This document shows, piece by piece, positions 6,618 to 16,311 of a DNA stretch of 36,708 nt (positions are counted from its first letter, which is position 1; each line of letters begins with the position of its first letter). The position numbers were made by a program, and so were the translations under genes. Source of the DNA: Selenomonas ruminantium (GTDB lineage Bacteria; Bacillota; Negativicutes; Selenomonadales; Selenomonadaceae); assembly GCA_902798865.1 (NCBI GenBank), contig CADBYQ010000001.1, forward strand, positions 1 to 36,708, written 5' to 3'. The notes below the pieces were generated by a model. It was not told the DNA's origin. It worked only from the letters and a program-made list of their open reading frames with translations, and did no database searches.

Positions 6618-6779
6618 GGCGATTTCTCCTTTTTGACATCATTCTCTGTTTCTAATTATATATGATTCAGACCCTTTTTACAAATTTTTGGCCAAAATAA
6701 CCAAATTAAATAAATATTTTCAAAAGTTTGCATTTGTCAAGTCTTGCACTTGTATTTTTTTTGTGCTACTATACTTACA

Positions 6780-6962
6780 AAGAAGGATAAGCCTGGGGTG
6801 TGCGCGGGCTTTTGAAATGTCCAACCTACATTTTTTACAGGGAGCCTGATTTGATTTTAGTGGAAGTTCGCCTCGGCGTCTCGCGGAAGCTAAACTTAGG
6901 GCACCCACCTGCTGATCGCAGGTTTTGGGCATTTAAGGCAGCGGCAGTTTGGACCCCTTCTT
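6780..6962 (+). ncRNA. ssrS: 6S RNA
   Basis: About 180 nt between a TTGCAC-17-TACTAT promoter (extended TG) and a terminator; ends pair (GAAGG/CCTTC); Firmicutes 6S-like motifs CCTGGGGTGTGCGC, GGGAGCCTGA, GGGCACCCACCTG. Confidence 0.82.
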
Positions 6963-6964
6963 TG

Positions 6965-7000
6965 AAAAGGGATTGCTATCCATGGGTGGCAGTCCCTTTT
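6965..7000. terminator. Bidirectional terminator between 6S RNA and the DUF896 gene
   Basis: AAAAGGGATTGCTATCC / GGGTGGCAGTCCCTTTT. Confidence 0.8.
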
Positions 7001-7018
7001 CACGCATTTGCAATAAAA

Positions 7019-7282
7019 TTAATGCAAATACGGGCGCAGATTGATGGCTACCTCATTGATATGGGTAATCTTCGGATTCTGCGCCATTTTATTTACCGGA
7101 GTTTCTACCGGGCCGTCCACGATTTCGATATTATCCAGCATCTGCCGCATTTGGCCGCGAATTCCTTCCAAATAGATTTCCCGCAGGTTCTTCTGCTCCT
7201 GCTTTTCTTCATCATTCAAGCCCACAGAACGCTGCTTGCGGGATAATTCATTTATCCGGGCAATTAATTCTTTGGTTATCAT
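7019..7282 (-). CDS. DUF896 (YnzC/UPF0291) family protein
   Basis: MITKELIARINELSRKQRSVGLNDEEKQEQKNLREIYL signature; likely start at 7282. Confidence 0.88.
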   Translation of the reverse strand: MITKELIARINELSRKQRSVGLNDEEKQEQKNLREIYLEGIRGQMRQMLDNIEIVDGPVETPVNKMAQNPKITHINEVAINLRPYLH

Positions 7283-7450
7283 AAAAGCCTCACTTTCTCT
7301 AACAGCTTTAATACGCAATGCAAATATTATACCTTTCGGCCCTGACCTTGTCAAAATATTCCTGTTCCCATTGCCAAGCGATATTTTCATTTAGTATAAT
7401 AATACAAGGTCTTATGACCAAAATATAATTCCATAGGAGGTTCGGACGTT

Positions 7451-7633
7451 TTGGAACCTGGCATTAACTTTTCTACGTTGGAGGAACAAATTCTCCTCCT
7501 GAAAGAAGCCACGGACGCAGTACTCCTGGACACAATCGGTCTGGGACAAAAAATGCAGGAAGCGTTTGGACAACATGCCGTCACTTCCCTCAGTTCGCAG
7601 ATGTTGTGGACGACTCTGCAATCTGAACATTGA
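7451..7633 (+). CDS. Small hypothetical protein (60 aa)
   Basis: TATAAT near 7395, RBS AGGAGG, TTG start, strong terminator downstream. Confidence 0.55.
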   Translation: MEPGINFSTLEEQILLLKEATDAVLLDTIGLGQKMQEAFGQHAVTSLSSQMLWTTLQSEH

Positions 7634-7673
7634 TGGCACAAGCGGGGCAGAAAACTACTGCCCCAACCCAAAA

Positions 7674-7714
7674 CAGCCCGCAGGCTCGAAAGAGCCGGCG
7701 GGCTGCTTTTTTTT
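7674..7714 (+). terminator. Intrinsic terminator
   Basis: CAGCCCGC-A-GGCTC GAAA GAGCC-G-GCGGGCTG followed by a T run. Confidence 0.8.
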
Positions 7715-7813
7715 CGAAAACTAACCATACTTGAAGGGAAATAAATAGCGCATGAAGAACTATTTAGGAAAATCAATGTCGATTTAACGTTGTTCTTTTA
7801 TGGAGGCGATATC

Positions 7814-8935
7814 ATGCTGATTGGTGTACCAAAGGAAATCAAAAACAATGAAAACCGTATTGGCCTTACCCCCGCAGGGGCTGAGGCCCTGGTAAAAGCA
7901 GGCCATCAGGTTTTGGTGGAACAAGGCGGCGGTCTGGGCAGTGGTTTTACCGATGAGGATTATACTGCTGTTGGCGCATCTATCACAGCCGATAAAAAGC
8001 AGCTGTTTACGGACGCCGAAATGATTATCAAGGTAAAAGAGCCTCTACCGGATGAATACGACCTTTTCCATGAGGGCCAGATTCTCTTTACCTATCTGCA
8101 TTTGGCACCAGAACCAGAGCTCACTGCCGCACTATTAAAACACAAAGTGACCGGTATTGCCTATGAAACCGTAGTGGGCCAGGATGGACGTTCACTGCCG
8201 CTGCTGGCGCCCATGAGTGAAATCGCCGGGCGTATGTCCGTGCAAATCGGCGCACAATTTTTGGAGAGCCGTTATGGCGGCGCTGGTGTCCTTCTGGGCG
8301 GTGTCAGCGGCGTAGCACCGGGGCAGGTCGTCATCATCGGCGGTGGCGTTGTCGGCACCAATGCTGCCAAAGTTGCCGCAGGTCTTGGCGCCCGCGTAAC
8401 GATAATTGACCTGTCCATTGACCGTCTCCGCTATTTGGATGACGTCTTTGGCGGGCGGGTAGCCACGGTAATGTCCAACAGCTACAATATCGCCGAATGG
8501 GTCGCCCGGGCTGACCTGCTCATTGGCGCCGTCTTAGTACCCGGTGCCAAGACTCCGCAGCTTGTTACGGAAGATATGGTCAAGACCATGCGAAAGGGTT
8601 CTGTCATCGTCGATGTAGCCATCGACCAGGGCGGCAGCATTGCGACCTGCGACCGGGTGACCACACACGAGAATCCCACCTTTACCAAACACGGCGTAGT
8701 GCATTATTCCGTGGCCAATATCCCCGGCGCAGTTTCGCGAACCTCTACGCTGGCGCTGACAAATGCCACTCTGCCCTATGCCCTGAAAATCGCCGGTAAG
8801 GGCTGGAAAGAGGCCTGCATGGAAGATGCGGGGCTTGCCGAAGGGCTGAATACGGTAGCAGGCAAATTAGTAAATCGTCCTGTCGCCGACGCCTTAGGTT
8901 TAGCGTTCACGGATAAAACAGAATTCCTGCAGTGA
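7814..8935 (+). CDS. ald: Alanine dehydrogenase
   Basis: [47 protein letters not shown] motifs. Confidence 0.97.
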   Translation: MLIGVPKEIKNNENRIGLTPAGAEALVKAGHQVLVEQGGGLGSGFTDEDYTAVGASITADKKQLFTDAEMIIKVKEPLPDEYDLFHEGQILFTYLHLAPEPELTAALLKHKVTGIAYETVVGQDGRSLPLLAPMSEIAGRMSVQIGAQFLESRYGGAGVLLGGVSGVAPGQVVIIGGGVVGTNAAKVAAGLGARVTIIDLSIDRLRYLDDVFGGRVATVMSNSYNIAEWVARADLLIGAVLVPGAKTPQLVTEDMVKTMRKGSVIVDVAIDQGGSIATCDRVTTHENPTFTKHGVVHYSVANIPGAVSRTSTLALTNATLPYALKIAGKGWKEACMEDAGLAEGLNTVAGKLVNRPVADALGLAFTDKTEFLQ

Positions 8936-8984
8936 GCTTTGGAAAAATTTGAATTTTGTATGAACAAGCCAGGGTGACATTATA

Positions 8985-9027
8985 ATACCGGGGCAGCCTC
9001 AATGAGAGGCTGTCCCGGTATATTTTT
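8985..9027 (+). terminator. ald terminator overlapping the 3' end of the convergent gene
   Basis: ATACCGGGGCAGCCTC / GAGGCTGTCCCGGTAT followed by a T run. Confidence 0.7.
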
Positions 9028-9868
9028 GCTCTATTGCATCTAAATCCAATGCGAACAGGGGCTTTTCGCCCATTTTTATCTCCGTGTCTCCTGTAATAAA
9101 CACAATATCCGGCAGTTTCCCCAAAAGCAGGATGGTACCTTGTGGCGCAACCCTGACAAATGTCTCCGTGCCGCCCCAGAACCAAGCGAAAGCCTCATGG
9201 CCTTCCGGCCGTGGAAAGGCAAGACTACTCCCCAGTTCAGCAGCAGTCAGCTTTATCCGGCAGCTTTCCGCAAGTTTTGCAGATACCTGTTGAACGGAGA
9301 GCTTTCCCGCTTCGGCCTGGGTTAAAAGTTCCAGCGATAAGTCAGCATCATGCTCAATCTGCTCGGCCAAAATCTGCAGATTATCCACATAAGGATAATC
9401 TGCATAAGACGCGATAATGCGTTTTCGCTCCTCCGTCAATTCCACTTCTTTTTTACGATCCAGCGGTACGGAAGCAGAGGCTCTGCCCAGCAAAGGCGAA
9501 AACATACTGACCTTTTTTTCTGTTTGGCGCTGCGCCACACTGCCCGGATTGGACAGCATTTCCTTCATATCCTCAGCCTTTTTACGGGCCGCCTGCCAGT
9601 ATTCACGCGATTCCTGCCGCAATGCTGCCTTCGTGTCATGCCCCTTTATTTCCTCACGGGCAATGTTTTCTACAGACACTCTGCCCAGAATATAAACACG
9701 CAATACCTCTCGTCCCTGTTCTTCGGCCCTGAGTCGCTCAGAGGAAAGAGCAGGCAGTTCCGTAGCTTCGGTTGGCACAGGCAGGATGGGCTCCGGCTCA
9801 TGGAAACCGATAACGGCAACAACCGCCCCGGTCAGAATCAGAATCATCAACAGACAAATCTTTTTCAT
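8999..9868 (-). CDS. Hypothetical membrane-anchored or secreted protein
   Basis: MKK plus hydrophobic N-terminus; RBS AGGAGG before ATG 9868. Confidence 0.75.
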   Translation of the reverse strand: MKKICLLMILILTGAVVAVIGFHEPEPILPVPTEATELPALSSERLRAEEQGREVLRVYILGRVSVENIAREEIKGHDTKAALRQESREYWQAARKKAEDMKEMLSNPGSVAQRQTEKKVSMFSPLLGRASASVPLDRKKEVELTEERKRIIASYADYPYVDNLQILAEQIEHDADLSLELLTQAEAGKLSVQQVSAKLAESCRIKLTAAELGSSLAFPRPEGHEAFAWFWGGTETFVRVAPQGTILLLGKLPDIVFITGDTEIKMGEKPLFALDLDAIEQKYTGTASH

Positions 9869-9894
9869 AGAAACCTCCTGGGCAACCAGCACCC

Positions 9895-10503
9895 CTAGCT
9901 TTTGGTATGGGCGCGAATAAAGTTCAGAACGAAATCAAAATCTTCATCTTCTGCATAGACCTGATTCTTATTCAGCAGCTCATTGACCTTGATAAGGTTA
10001 CGCCCCGGACAGGACTCCACACTCCTGACATCGGCAAAAGATGTGTACATACTGGTACGGGCCCCCGCCAACATACCTGTCCCCACTACACCGGGGCGGC
10101 CTGCCATAGCACCTGCCAACCTGGTCAAAATGCTGATGGCCTCTACCTTCTTAATTTGGGCCTTCATCTGAATATGATGGATACCCTTGTCATCCATTTC
10201 AAATAATACGCAGTACTTGCCCCCCATAATCAATGCATAGAGCAGATACCCCAGCAGGCATATTAGACCAAAGCCCAGTGAAAAGAGCAGTAAGCCTACA
10301 GTTAGCTCGAAAAGATTATCCAGAGAAAGATTATCGTCAATAACCTCCAACACGACCATAAAAAGCCACAACGCCAAAAGAATACCACCGAAAATCTTCC
10401 AAATCAAAAAGAGAATGGTGGGATTTTTGTAAAGGTTCAACTCATAGGCCCAGCGATAGACTCCGTCTGAATCAAACGTGATATTTTTCGACACATGGTT
10501 CAT
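9895..10503 (-). CDS. Hypothetical membrane protein (two TM helices)
   Basis: Two hydrophobic segments; RBS GGAAGGAG. Confidence 0.8.
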   Translation of the reverse strand: MNHVSKNITFDSDGVYRWAYELNLYKNPTILFLIWKIFGGILLALWLFMVVLEVIDDNLSLDNLFELTVGLLLFSLGFGLICLLGYLLYALIMGGKYCVLFEMDDKGIHHIQMKAQIKKVEAISILTRLAGAMAGRPGVVGTGMLAGARTSMYTSFADVRSVESCPGRNLIKVNELLNKNQVYAEDEDFDFVLNFIRAHTKS

Positions 10504-10560
10504 GTCTGTTCACTCCTTCCCCCTTTGACTTATCAGCCTCTTTCCCTACAGCAATTTATT

Positions 10561-12486
10561 TTAGTCCGTCACCAAATGCGGACGGCGTTTCCACTGTCCA
10601 AAGATAATCAGAATAAAGATGGCCAAACCAATGCCATCGGTGACAATCCCCGGCTGAATCATCAGCAGCCCCGCCACAATGAGAATCAGCCGCTCATAGC
10701 CCTTGCAGTCCACTGCCAGATAGCCAATCAGCGCGGAGCTTATCGCCACCATGCCACAAAGCGCCGTCACCGTAGACAGGATAAGTTCGCCCATAGTACC
10801 GCTCATCATCAGCAGCACCGGCGACATCACGAAGATATAGGGAATGATAAAAGCGGCAATCGCCAGTTTTGAGGCGTTGACACCAGTCTTGAGCGCGTTG
10901 CCGCCACTGATGCCTGCCCCGGCATAAGCGGCCAGTGCCACCGGCGGGGTAACGTCAGCGATAATGCCGAAGTAGAAGACGAACATATGCGCCGCCAATA
11001 CCGGCACGCCCATCTGCACCAAAGCAGGTGCTGCAATCGTGGAGGTGATGACGTAGTTCGCCGTAGTCGGCACGCCCATCCCCAAGATTATCGCCGTAAT
11101 CATCGTAAAGAACATGGTCGGCAAAAGCAATCCGCCCGAAAGGGTCAACAGCCCTGAAGCCAATTTCAGGCCCACACCGGTTTTCGTCACCACGCCGATG
11201 ATGATACCGGCCGCTGCGCAGGCGACCAGTACGCCCAGCACATTGCGTGCGCCCTTTTCCAAACCGTTAACGATTTCAATTGGCTGCATACGGGTGGATT
11301 TCCGCAGTGCCGAACAGAGAATGGCCAGCACAATCGCTACCAACGCCGCCCGCATGGGCGTATAGCCCGATACCAACAGATAGACGATGATAATCAGCGG
11401 CAAAGCCAAATGGCCGCGCTCTTTTAAGAGCGTGAAGAAATGCGGCAGCTGCTCACGGGGAATACCTTTGAGCTTGCCCCGCTTAGCTTCAAAATGCACG
11501 CCGAGCCAAACACCGGCAAAGTACAAGAGAGCCGGAACTACTGCAGCCTTGACGATATCAATGTAGGGAACGCCCACAAACTCCGCCATCAGAAAAGCTG
11601 CTGCCCCCATTACCGGTGGCATGAGCTGTCCGCCAGTAGAAGCCGCTGCCTCTACGGCGCCGGCAAAATTCTTGTGATAGCCCAGTTTTTTCATCATGGG
11701 AATGGTCAGCGAGCCTGTCCCCACCACGTTTGCCACGGAACTGCCAGACACCGTGCCCATAAGGCCGGAGGACAGTACCGCCACCTTTGCCGGGCCGCCG
11801 CTGGCCCAGCCAGCAATGGAATTCGCGAGGTCAATAAAGAATTTGCCCAGGCCCGTGGACTCCAAATAGGCACCAAAAAGGATAAACAGGAAGATAAAAG
11901 TCGAAGACACGCCCAAAGGAATGCCGAAGATGCCCTCAGTCGTGTAGTAAAGATGACCAACCAGTTGCCCAACCGTCAAGCCGCGATGGGCAAGGACGCC
12001 GGGCATATAAGGGCCGGCAAAGGCATAGGCCAAAAAGGCCAGTACCACGCAGACCATCGGCAAACCAACCACGCGGCGGGCCGCCTCAATAACGAGTAAA
12101 ATGCCGATAGCACCGACAACTAAATCCGTATCCGATACCAAACCAGCCCGCAGCACCAAATGCTGATACTCATAGATGATGTAAGCCGGTGCCGCCGCGC
12201 CTAAAATGGCCAGCACTAAATCCAACGGATGAATCTTGTGCCGTGGCCAGCTTTTCCGCGTCGGATAAAGCAAAAATACCAAGGTCAAGCCAAAGCCCAA
12301 ATGAACGCCGCGCTGCAGCTGGGCATCCAGCACCCCAAAGGTCGCCGTATAGAGCTGAAATACGGAAAAGCAGATGGCGATAAACGCCACGATTTTCTTC
12401 ATCAGCCCCGTGTATTCCATGGTGTCCGACTCTTTATCGAACTCCTTGAGAACCGCATTAGCGGTCTTCGCATCATGTTCATTCAT
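10561..12486 (-). CDS. TRAP transporter fused permease (4TM/12TM)
   Basis: GGPAKVAV, SGSSVANV, ASTGGQLMPPVMGAAAF, LGMGVPTT, DVTPPV motifs. Confidence 0.95.
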   Translation of the reverse strand: MNEHDAKTANAVLKEFDKESDTMEYTGLMKKIVAFIAICFSVFQLYTATFGVLDAQLQRGVHLGFGLTLVFLLYPTRKSWPRHKIHPLDLVLAILGAAAPAYIIYEYQHLVLRAGLVSDTDLVVGAIGILLVIEAARRVVGLPMVCVVLAFLAYAFAGPYMPGVLAHRGLTVGQLVGHLYYTTEGIFGIPLGVSSTFIFLFILFGAYLESTGLGKFFIDLANSIAGWASGGPAKVAVLSSGLMGTVSGSSVANVVGTGSLTIPMMKKLGYHKNFAGAVEAAASTGGQLMPPVMGAAAFLMAEFVGVPYIDIVKAAVVPALLYFAGVWLGVHFEAKRGKLKGIPREQLPHFFTLLKERGHLALPLIIIVYLLVSGYTPMRAALVAIVLAILCSALRKSTRMQPIEIVNGLEKGARNVLGVLVACAAAGIIIGVVTKTGVGLKLASGLLTLSGGLLLPTMFFTMITAIILGMGVPTTANYVITSTIAAPALVQMGVPVLAAHMFVFYFGIIADVTPPVALAAYAGAGISGGNALKTGVNASKLAIAAFIIPYIFVMSPVLLMMSGTMGELILSTVTALCGMVAISSALIGYLAVDCKGYERLILIVAGLLMIQPGIVTDGIGLAIFILIIFGQWKRRPHLVTD

Positions 12487-12958
12487 GCATAACCAATCCT
12501 TTCCATAAAGGCATCAATTCCACTGTGACCAGAGTGCCCGGCGCGTATCGCTCATAAAGAGGAAAGCTGCGCCCACCAACATTTAAGGTAAGCTCAGTTC
12601 CCACTCCGGTGCGCAAATCCAGCCGTTCATAGGCCCGCTGCTGCCCCCGCAGCCAGTAATAATCGCCCTCTTGTTGAAATTCCCCTTCTGTCCGATCAAA
12701 GGGGAGTCCCACACCAAAGGACTGGTATTTTGTTGCGTTCAGGACAAAGCCCCGGCAACCTTCCTCCACGGCCAGAAACTCCTCTACCGGCGTCTTTTGG
12801 ACAGAGTGAATAAAGCGCAGAGATAACGGGAAACCTGCTGCCACCTCACCGAGATAAAGGCGCTCTCCACCTGCCCTTAGCACCAGGCAGGGCAGCGTGA
12901 GCACCTGCCACAAGGCAAAAAATACCCCTATACCACAAAGCAAAAATTCCTTCTGCAA
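12479..12958 (-). CDS. DUF1850 domain protein (TAXI-TRAP associated)
   Basis: FIHSVQKTPVEE and YQSFGVGLP motifs; between TAXI and permease genes; likely TTG start at 12958. Confidence 0.85.
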   Translation of the reverse strand: MQKEFLLCGIGVFFALWQVLTLPCLVLRAGGERLYLGEVAAGFPLSLRFIHSVQKTPVEEFLAVEEGCRGFVLNATKYQSFGVGLPFDRTEGEFQQEGDYYWLRGQQRAYERLDLRTGVGTELTLNVGGRSFPLYERYAPGTLVTVELMPLWKGLVMHE

Positions 12959-12974
12959 AACACTCACCTTACCA

Positions 12975-13005
12975 AAAGGGCTGTCACACAACGTGCAACA
13001 GCCCC
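12975..13005 (-). terminator. Intercistronic stem-loop after the TAXI gene
   Basis: GGGCUGUUGCAC / GUGUGACAGCCC followed by UUUU on the - strand. Confidence 0.65.
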
Positions 13006-13019
13006 CACCAAACGTCATC

Positions 13020-13988
13020 TTATTCCTTAAAGAACTTCTCTGCACCAGCATTGACGGGCAGCGGCATACCTTCCAGAGCCTTTTCCTTCAGGATAGCCTT
13101 AGCTGCAGAATGTGCAGCATGGATGCGGTCAATATTACCAAAGATTGCCTTGGCAATCGCATAACCCAGACTGTCATCCACCTTGTCGTTAGCCACTAGC
13201 ATAGCCATAACCGATACAGCCGGAACTTCCTCTTCAAAACCTGCATAGGTACCAGCCGGAATCACCGTCTTGGTATAGAAGGGATATTTGGCAATCAAAG
13301 CATCAGCCTTGTCAGCATCTACCGGCAGCAGACGTACTTTATGTTGGGAAGCGATATCCTGTACAGCAGAAGTCGGATAACCGGCCGTGAGGAATGCAGC
13401 ATCAATATTGCCATCCTTCAGCGCGTTAGCTGCTTCGGCAAAGGAAAGATACTGTGGCTGAATATCATTATACGTCACACCATAGGCTTCCAAAATCTGG
13501 CGGGCATTTGCTTCTACACCAGAGCCTGCGGCACCTACGGCCACTTTCTTGCCCTTCAAATCTGCAATCGTCTTGATGCCGGAGCTATCGAGCGTTACTG
13601 CCTGACAGGTTTCCGGATAGAGCGTGGCTATGCCCTTCAGGCTTTCCACTTTCTTATCCTTAAACATTTCCGTGCCGTTCACTGCATAGTAAGTAATATC
13701 ATTCTGAACAATGGCCAAGTCCACAGAACCATCCTTCAGCATATTGATATTTGCAACAGACGCCCCGGTGCTCTGCGCACTGGCATTCATGCCGGGAATA
13801 TCTTTATTCAGCACCTCTGCCATGGCACCACCGATGGGGTAATAAGTACCTGCCGTACCGCCAGTACCAATATTTAAAAACTTCTTCTCGGCTGTATTGT
13901 CACCGCCACCACAGCCTGTCAGCACCGCTGCCATAGCCACAACCGCCAGCCCTGCCATCAGGGCTTTTTTCCAGTTTGCAAACTTCAT
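13020..13988 (-). CDS. TAXI-family TRAP solute-binding lipoprotein
   Basis: Lipobox LTGC; IGTGGTAGTYYPIGG, STGASVAN, LYPE motifs. Confidence 0.95.
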   Translation of the reverse strand: MKFANWKKALMAGLAVVAMAAVLTGCGGGDNTAEKKFLNIGTGGTAGTYYPIGGAMAEVLNKDIPGMNASAQSTGASVANINMLKDGSVDLAIVQNDITYYAVNGTEMFKDKKVESLKGIATLYPETCQAVTLDSSGIKTIADLKGKKVAVGAAGSGVEANARQILEAYGVTYNDIQPQYLSFAEAANALKDGNIDAAFLTAGYPTSAVQDIASQHKVRLLPVDADKADALIAKYPFYTKTVIPAGTYAGFEEEVPAVSVMAMLVANDKVDDSLGYAIAKAIFGNIDRIHAAHSAAKAILKEKALEGMPLPVNAGAEKFFKE

Positions 13989-14053
13989 ACTTACCCCTCC
14001 TATTGTGTCATTTGACCTTACAATTAAAACAATACTTATATATTTCATATACC

Positions 14054-14131
14054 ATTATAGCATAGAGGGTATACACTGACAAGTCTATTTCTGCAAAAAG
14101 CAGACATTTTGTAATGTATGTATGTATACAT
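14054..14131 (-). promoter_or_regulatory. TAXI-TRAP operon promoter with GntR/FadR-like GTATAC sites
   Basis: TTGTCA-17-TATAAT with extended TG (14082-14054); GTATAC in the spacer (14069-14074) and palindrome ATGTATACAT (14122-14131). Confidence 0.6.
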
Positions 14132-14147
14132 TGCACAATTTAACGAC

Positions 14148-14182
14148 AAAGGCGTCATTTCCGATTGGGAAATAACGCCTTT
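14148..14182 (-). terminator. brnQ terminator
   Basis: AAAGGCGTCATTTCC / GGAAATAACGCCTTT. Confidence 0.75.
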
Positions 14183-14212
14183 TACTAATATACAGCTTAA
14201 TTGTATGTAGTT

Positions 14213-15559
14213 TTACTGTTCTGCCGTCAATGCATCATTATCGCGGGCATCGCGGAAAGAAGACACAACCCAGCCCAAAACAGCTGCCACTACAGCCGGG
14301 ACGAACCAGCCCATGCCGATATCATAGAACGGAACATACGCCGTCACCACTTCCGTCAATGCCGGGAACTTGATGCCAGCCGCAGCCAGACCATCCAGCA
14401 CAGCAAAGAACAAAGTCACATTGATGGCCAGACGATAAATGCTGTAACGCCAGCCGATAAGGCCATCAAAGAGGGAAAGTACCACGAACACGATAACCAG
14501 CGGATAAATCGCTACGAGGAAAGGTACAGACAGCGCAATAATCTGCGTCAAGCCTACATTGGATACCACAAAGCTGAACGCCGTGGACACCTGTACCAGA
14601 CGTGCATAGGAAATGCGATTGTTCGACAGCTTGTTAAAGTACCAGGCCGTACCAGAAATCATACCACAGGAGGTCGTCAGACAAGCCAGAGCAATGATGA
14701 ATGCCACCAGCAGGTTGCCTGCCGGGCCAAAGAAGATGCCTACAGCACCAGCCAGCAGCTGACCGCCATTTTCCACACCGCCCAATACGCTGGCGCTGGA
14801 TGCGCCGATGTAAGCCAGCGAACCATAAACCAAAGTCATCAAGGCTACCGTGATAAAACCGGAGATGATGCAGATTTTGCTGACGGATTTGTTATCCGTC
14901 GTGCCGCGCATGCGAATGGCATTAACCACAATCGTACCAATGGAAAGCGATGCCAAAAGGTCCATCGTCTGATAGCCATCCTGGAAGCCCTGGGAGAACG
15001 GTGCCGTGATATAGGCGCCCGTTGCATCGAGCACTTCGCCCAGCGGCGTTACAAAGGATTTCACGAACAGAATAACCAAAAAGATTAAGAGTGCCGGCGT
15101 CAGCATCTTGCCTACACGGTCAATGAGCTTGTTCGGCGTCATCGCCAGATAATAGGTTGCGCCAAAGAAGAACATCGTGTAGATGAACTGGCCCAACGTC
15201 AAATCTTCTGCCGCCAGGAAGGGACGAATACCGATTTCAAAGGAAACTGCACCAGTACGCGGTACCGCAAACACAGGGCCAATGGTCAGATAGAGGATAA
15301 CGAGCAGTGCCGTAGCCAGCCACGGATAGGTTTTGCGGTTCATAAACTCCACATACTTACCGCCCTGCATGGCAATGGCGGTAATGCCCAAAAGCGGCAG
15401 CCCTACGCCTGTTACCAAAAAGCCCATCATGGCTATAATGCTGTTTGAGCCGGCAGCCTGCCCCAAGGCAGGCGGAAAAATCAGATTGCCCGCCCCAAAA
15501 AAGATAGAAAACATCATCAGGCCGACGGTCAGGATTTCGCCTTTGCTCATTCGCTTCAT
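14213..15559 (-). CDS. brnQ: Branched-chain amino acid:cation symporter
   Basis: FSIFFGAGNLIFPP, GYQTMD, LACLTT motifs. Confidence 0.96.
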   Translation of the reverse strand: MKRMSKGEILTVGLMMFSIFFGAGNLIFPPALGQAAGSNSIIAMMGFLVTGVGLPLLGITAIAMQGGKYVEFMNRKTYPWLATALLVILYLTIGPVFAVPRTGAVSFEIGIRPFLAAEDLTLGQFIYTMFFFGATYYLAMTPNKLIDRVGKMLTPALLIFLVILFVKSFVTPLGEVLDATGAYITAPFSQGFQDGYQTMDLLASLSIGTIVVNAIRMRGTTDNKSVSKICIISGFITVALMTLVYGSLAYIGASSASVLGGVENGGQLLAGAVGIFFGPAGNLLVAFIIALACLTTSCGMISGTAWYFNKLSNNRISYARLVQVSTAFSFVVSNVGLTQIIALSVPFLVAIYPLVIVFVVLSLFDGLIGWRYSIYRLAINVTLFFAVLDGLAAAGIKFPALTEVVTAYVPFYDIGMGWFVPAVVAAVLGWVVSSFRDARDNDALTAEQ

Positions 15560-15627
15560 ACTTACTCACACTCTTTTCTTACAAAATACACCTTTTGTCC
15601 ACTCACAATGTACGCAAGTAAACATAT

Positions 15628-15723
15628 AAAAAGCCCATGTCCCACTTTCCCGGACATGAACTCCAAGGTTCACCTTCGTTTTAGGATAGGTGTATTATAG
15701 CACAAAGACAAAAGACATTGCAA
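15628..15723 (-). promoter_or_regulatory. brnQ promoter and short attenuator leader
   Basis: TTGCAA-18-TATAAT with extended TG; leader terminator AGUUCAUGUCC/GGACAUGGGCU followed by a U run, with overlapping alternative stems. Confidence 0.65.
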
Positions 15724-15838
15724 GAGCCTTTTTGTTTTTTCAGTGTAAACTCGTAAACTTTTATTTCCTAGATATATCTGTTATACTGTAAACAAAATTG
15801 TCCACGAAAATACATAGATTTAAGGAGGGAATGCCAAA

Positions 15839-16276
15839 ATGGCTGAAGATAATGAAGAAAAAAAAGAACTTGACCCACTGATTACCCAGCCCCACGGCGT
15901 GGAACAGCAGGCCAAGATGGAAATCGTCCATATGATTCACAGCGGAGAATCCCCCTTTGACATCATCTACCATATCGCCAAACGGCTGGAAAAGTCCTCC
16001 GGCGAACCGGGCTATGCCCAATATGTAGAAGACCAGATACGCGCCGTCTACGGCTTTGCCCTAGAGCATGTAAAACCCATGCAGGACGAATTGCGGGATG
16101 TTGAAGAACGCTTGGAACGCATCAAAAAATCCTACGAAAATCCTGAATTCACCGAGGAAGAACATATCCGTATTGGGTTCGCTATCGAACGCCACAAGAA
16201 AAATATCGAACGGCTCAAAATCATGATTCAAAAGGCCGAAGCCGACCACGCCGACATGACCATTGTCAAAAATTAA
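15839..16276 (+). CDS. Hypothetical protein, coiled-coil C-terminus
   Basis: RBS AAGGAGG; TGTTATACT promoter; terminator downstream. Confidence 0.8.
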   Translation: MAEDNEEKKELDPLITQPHGVEQQAKMEIVHMIHSGESPFDIIYHIAKRLEKSSGEPGYAQYVEDQIRAVYGFALEHVKPMQDELRDVEERLERIKKSYENPEFTEEEHIRIGFAIERHKKNIERLKIMIQKAEADHADMTIVKN

Positions 16277-16311
16277 AGAAGCCGCTGCTCACCAAAGAGC
16301 AGCGGCTTCTT
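16276..16311. terminator. Terminator between convergent genes, overlapping the EAL gene end
   Basis: Perfect 15-bp inverted repeat AAGAAGCCGCTGCTC / GAGCAGCGGCTTCTT. Confidence 0.75.

Noticed and set aside
6210-6665. 151-aa + strand ORF after the integrase
   Set aside because: Shadow of the 6303-6617 gene; it crosses a terminator and has no convincing RBS.
6720-7246. ORFs of 70 and 148 aa across the 6S region
   Set aside because: They overlap the 6S RNA, its terminator and the DUF896 gene, and show no protein-like features.
15560-15720. T-box or ppGpp (ykkC-type) riboswitch before brnQ
   Set aside because: Leader is too short and lacks the T-box GGTGGNACCGCG or ykkC consensus; reported as an unknown attenuator instead.
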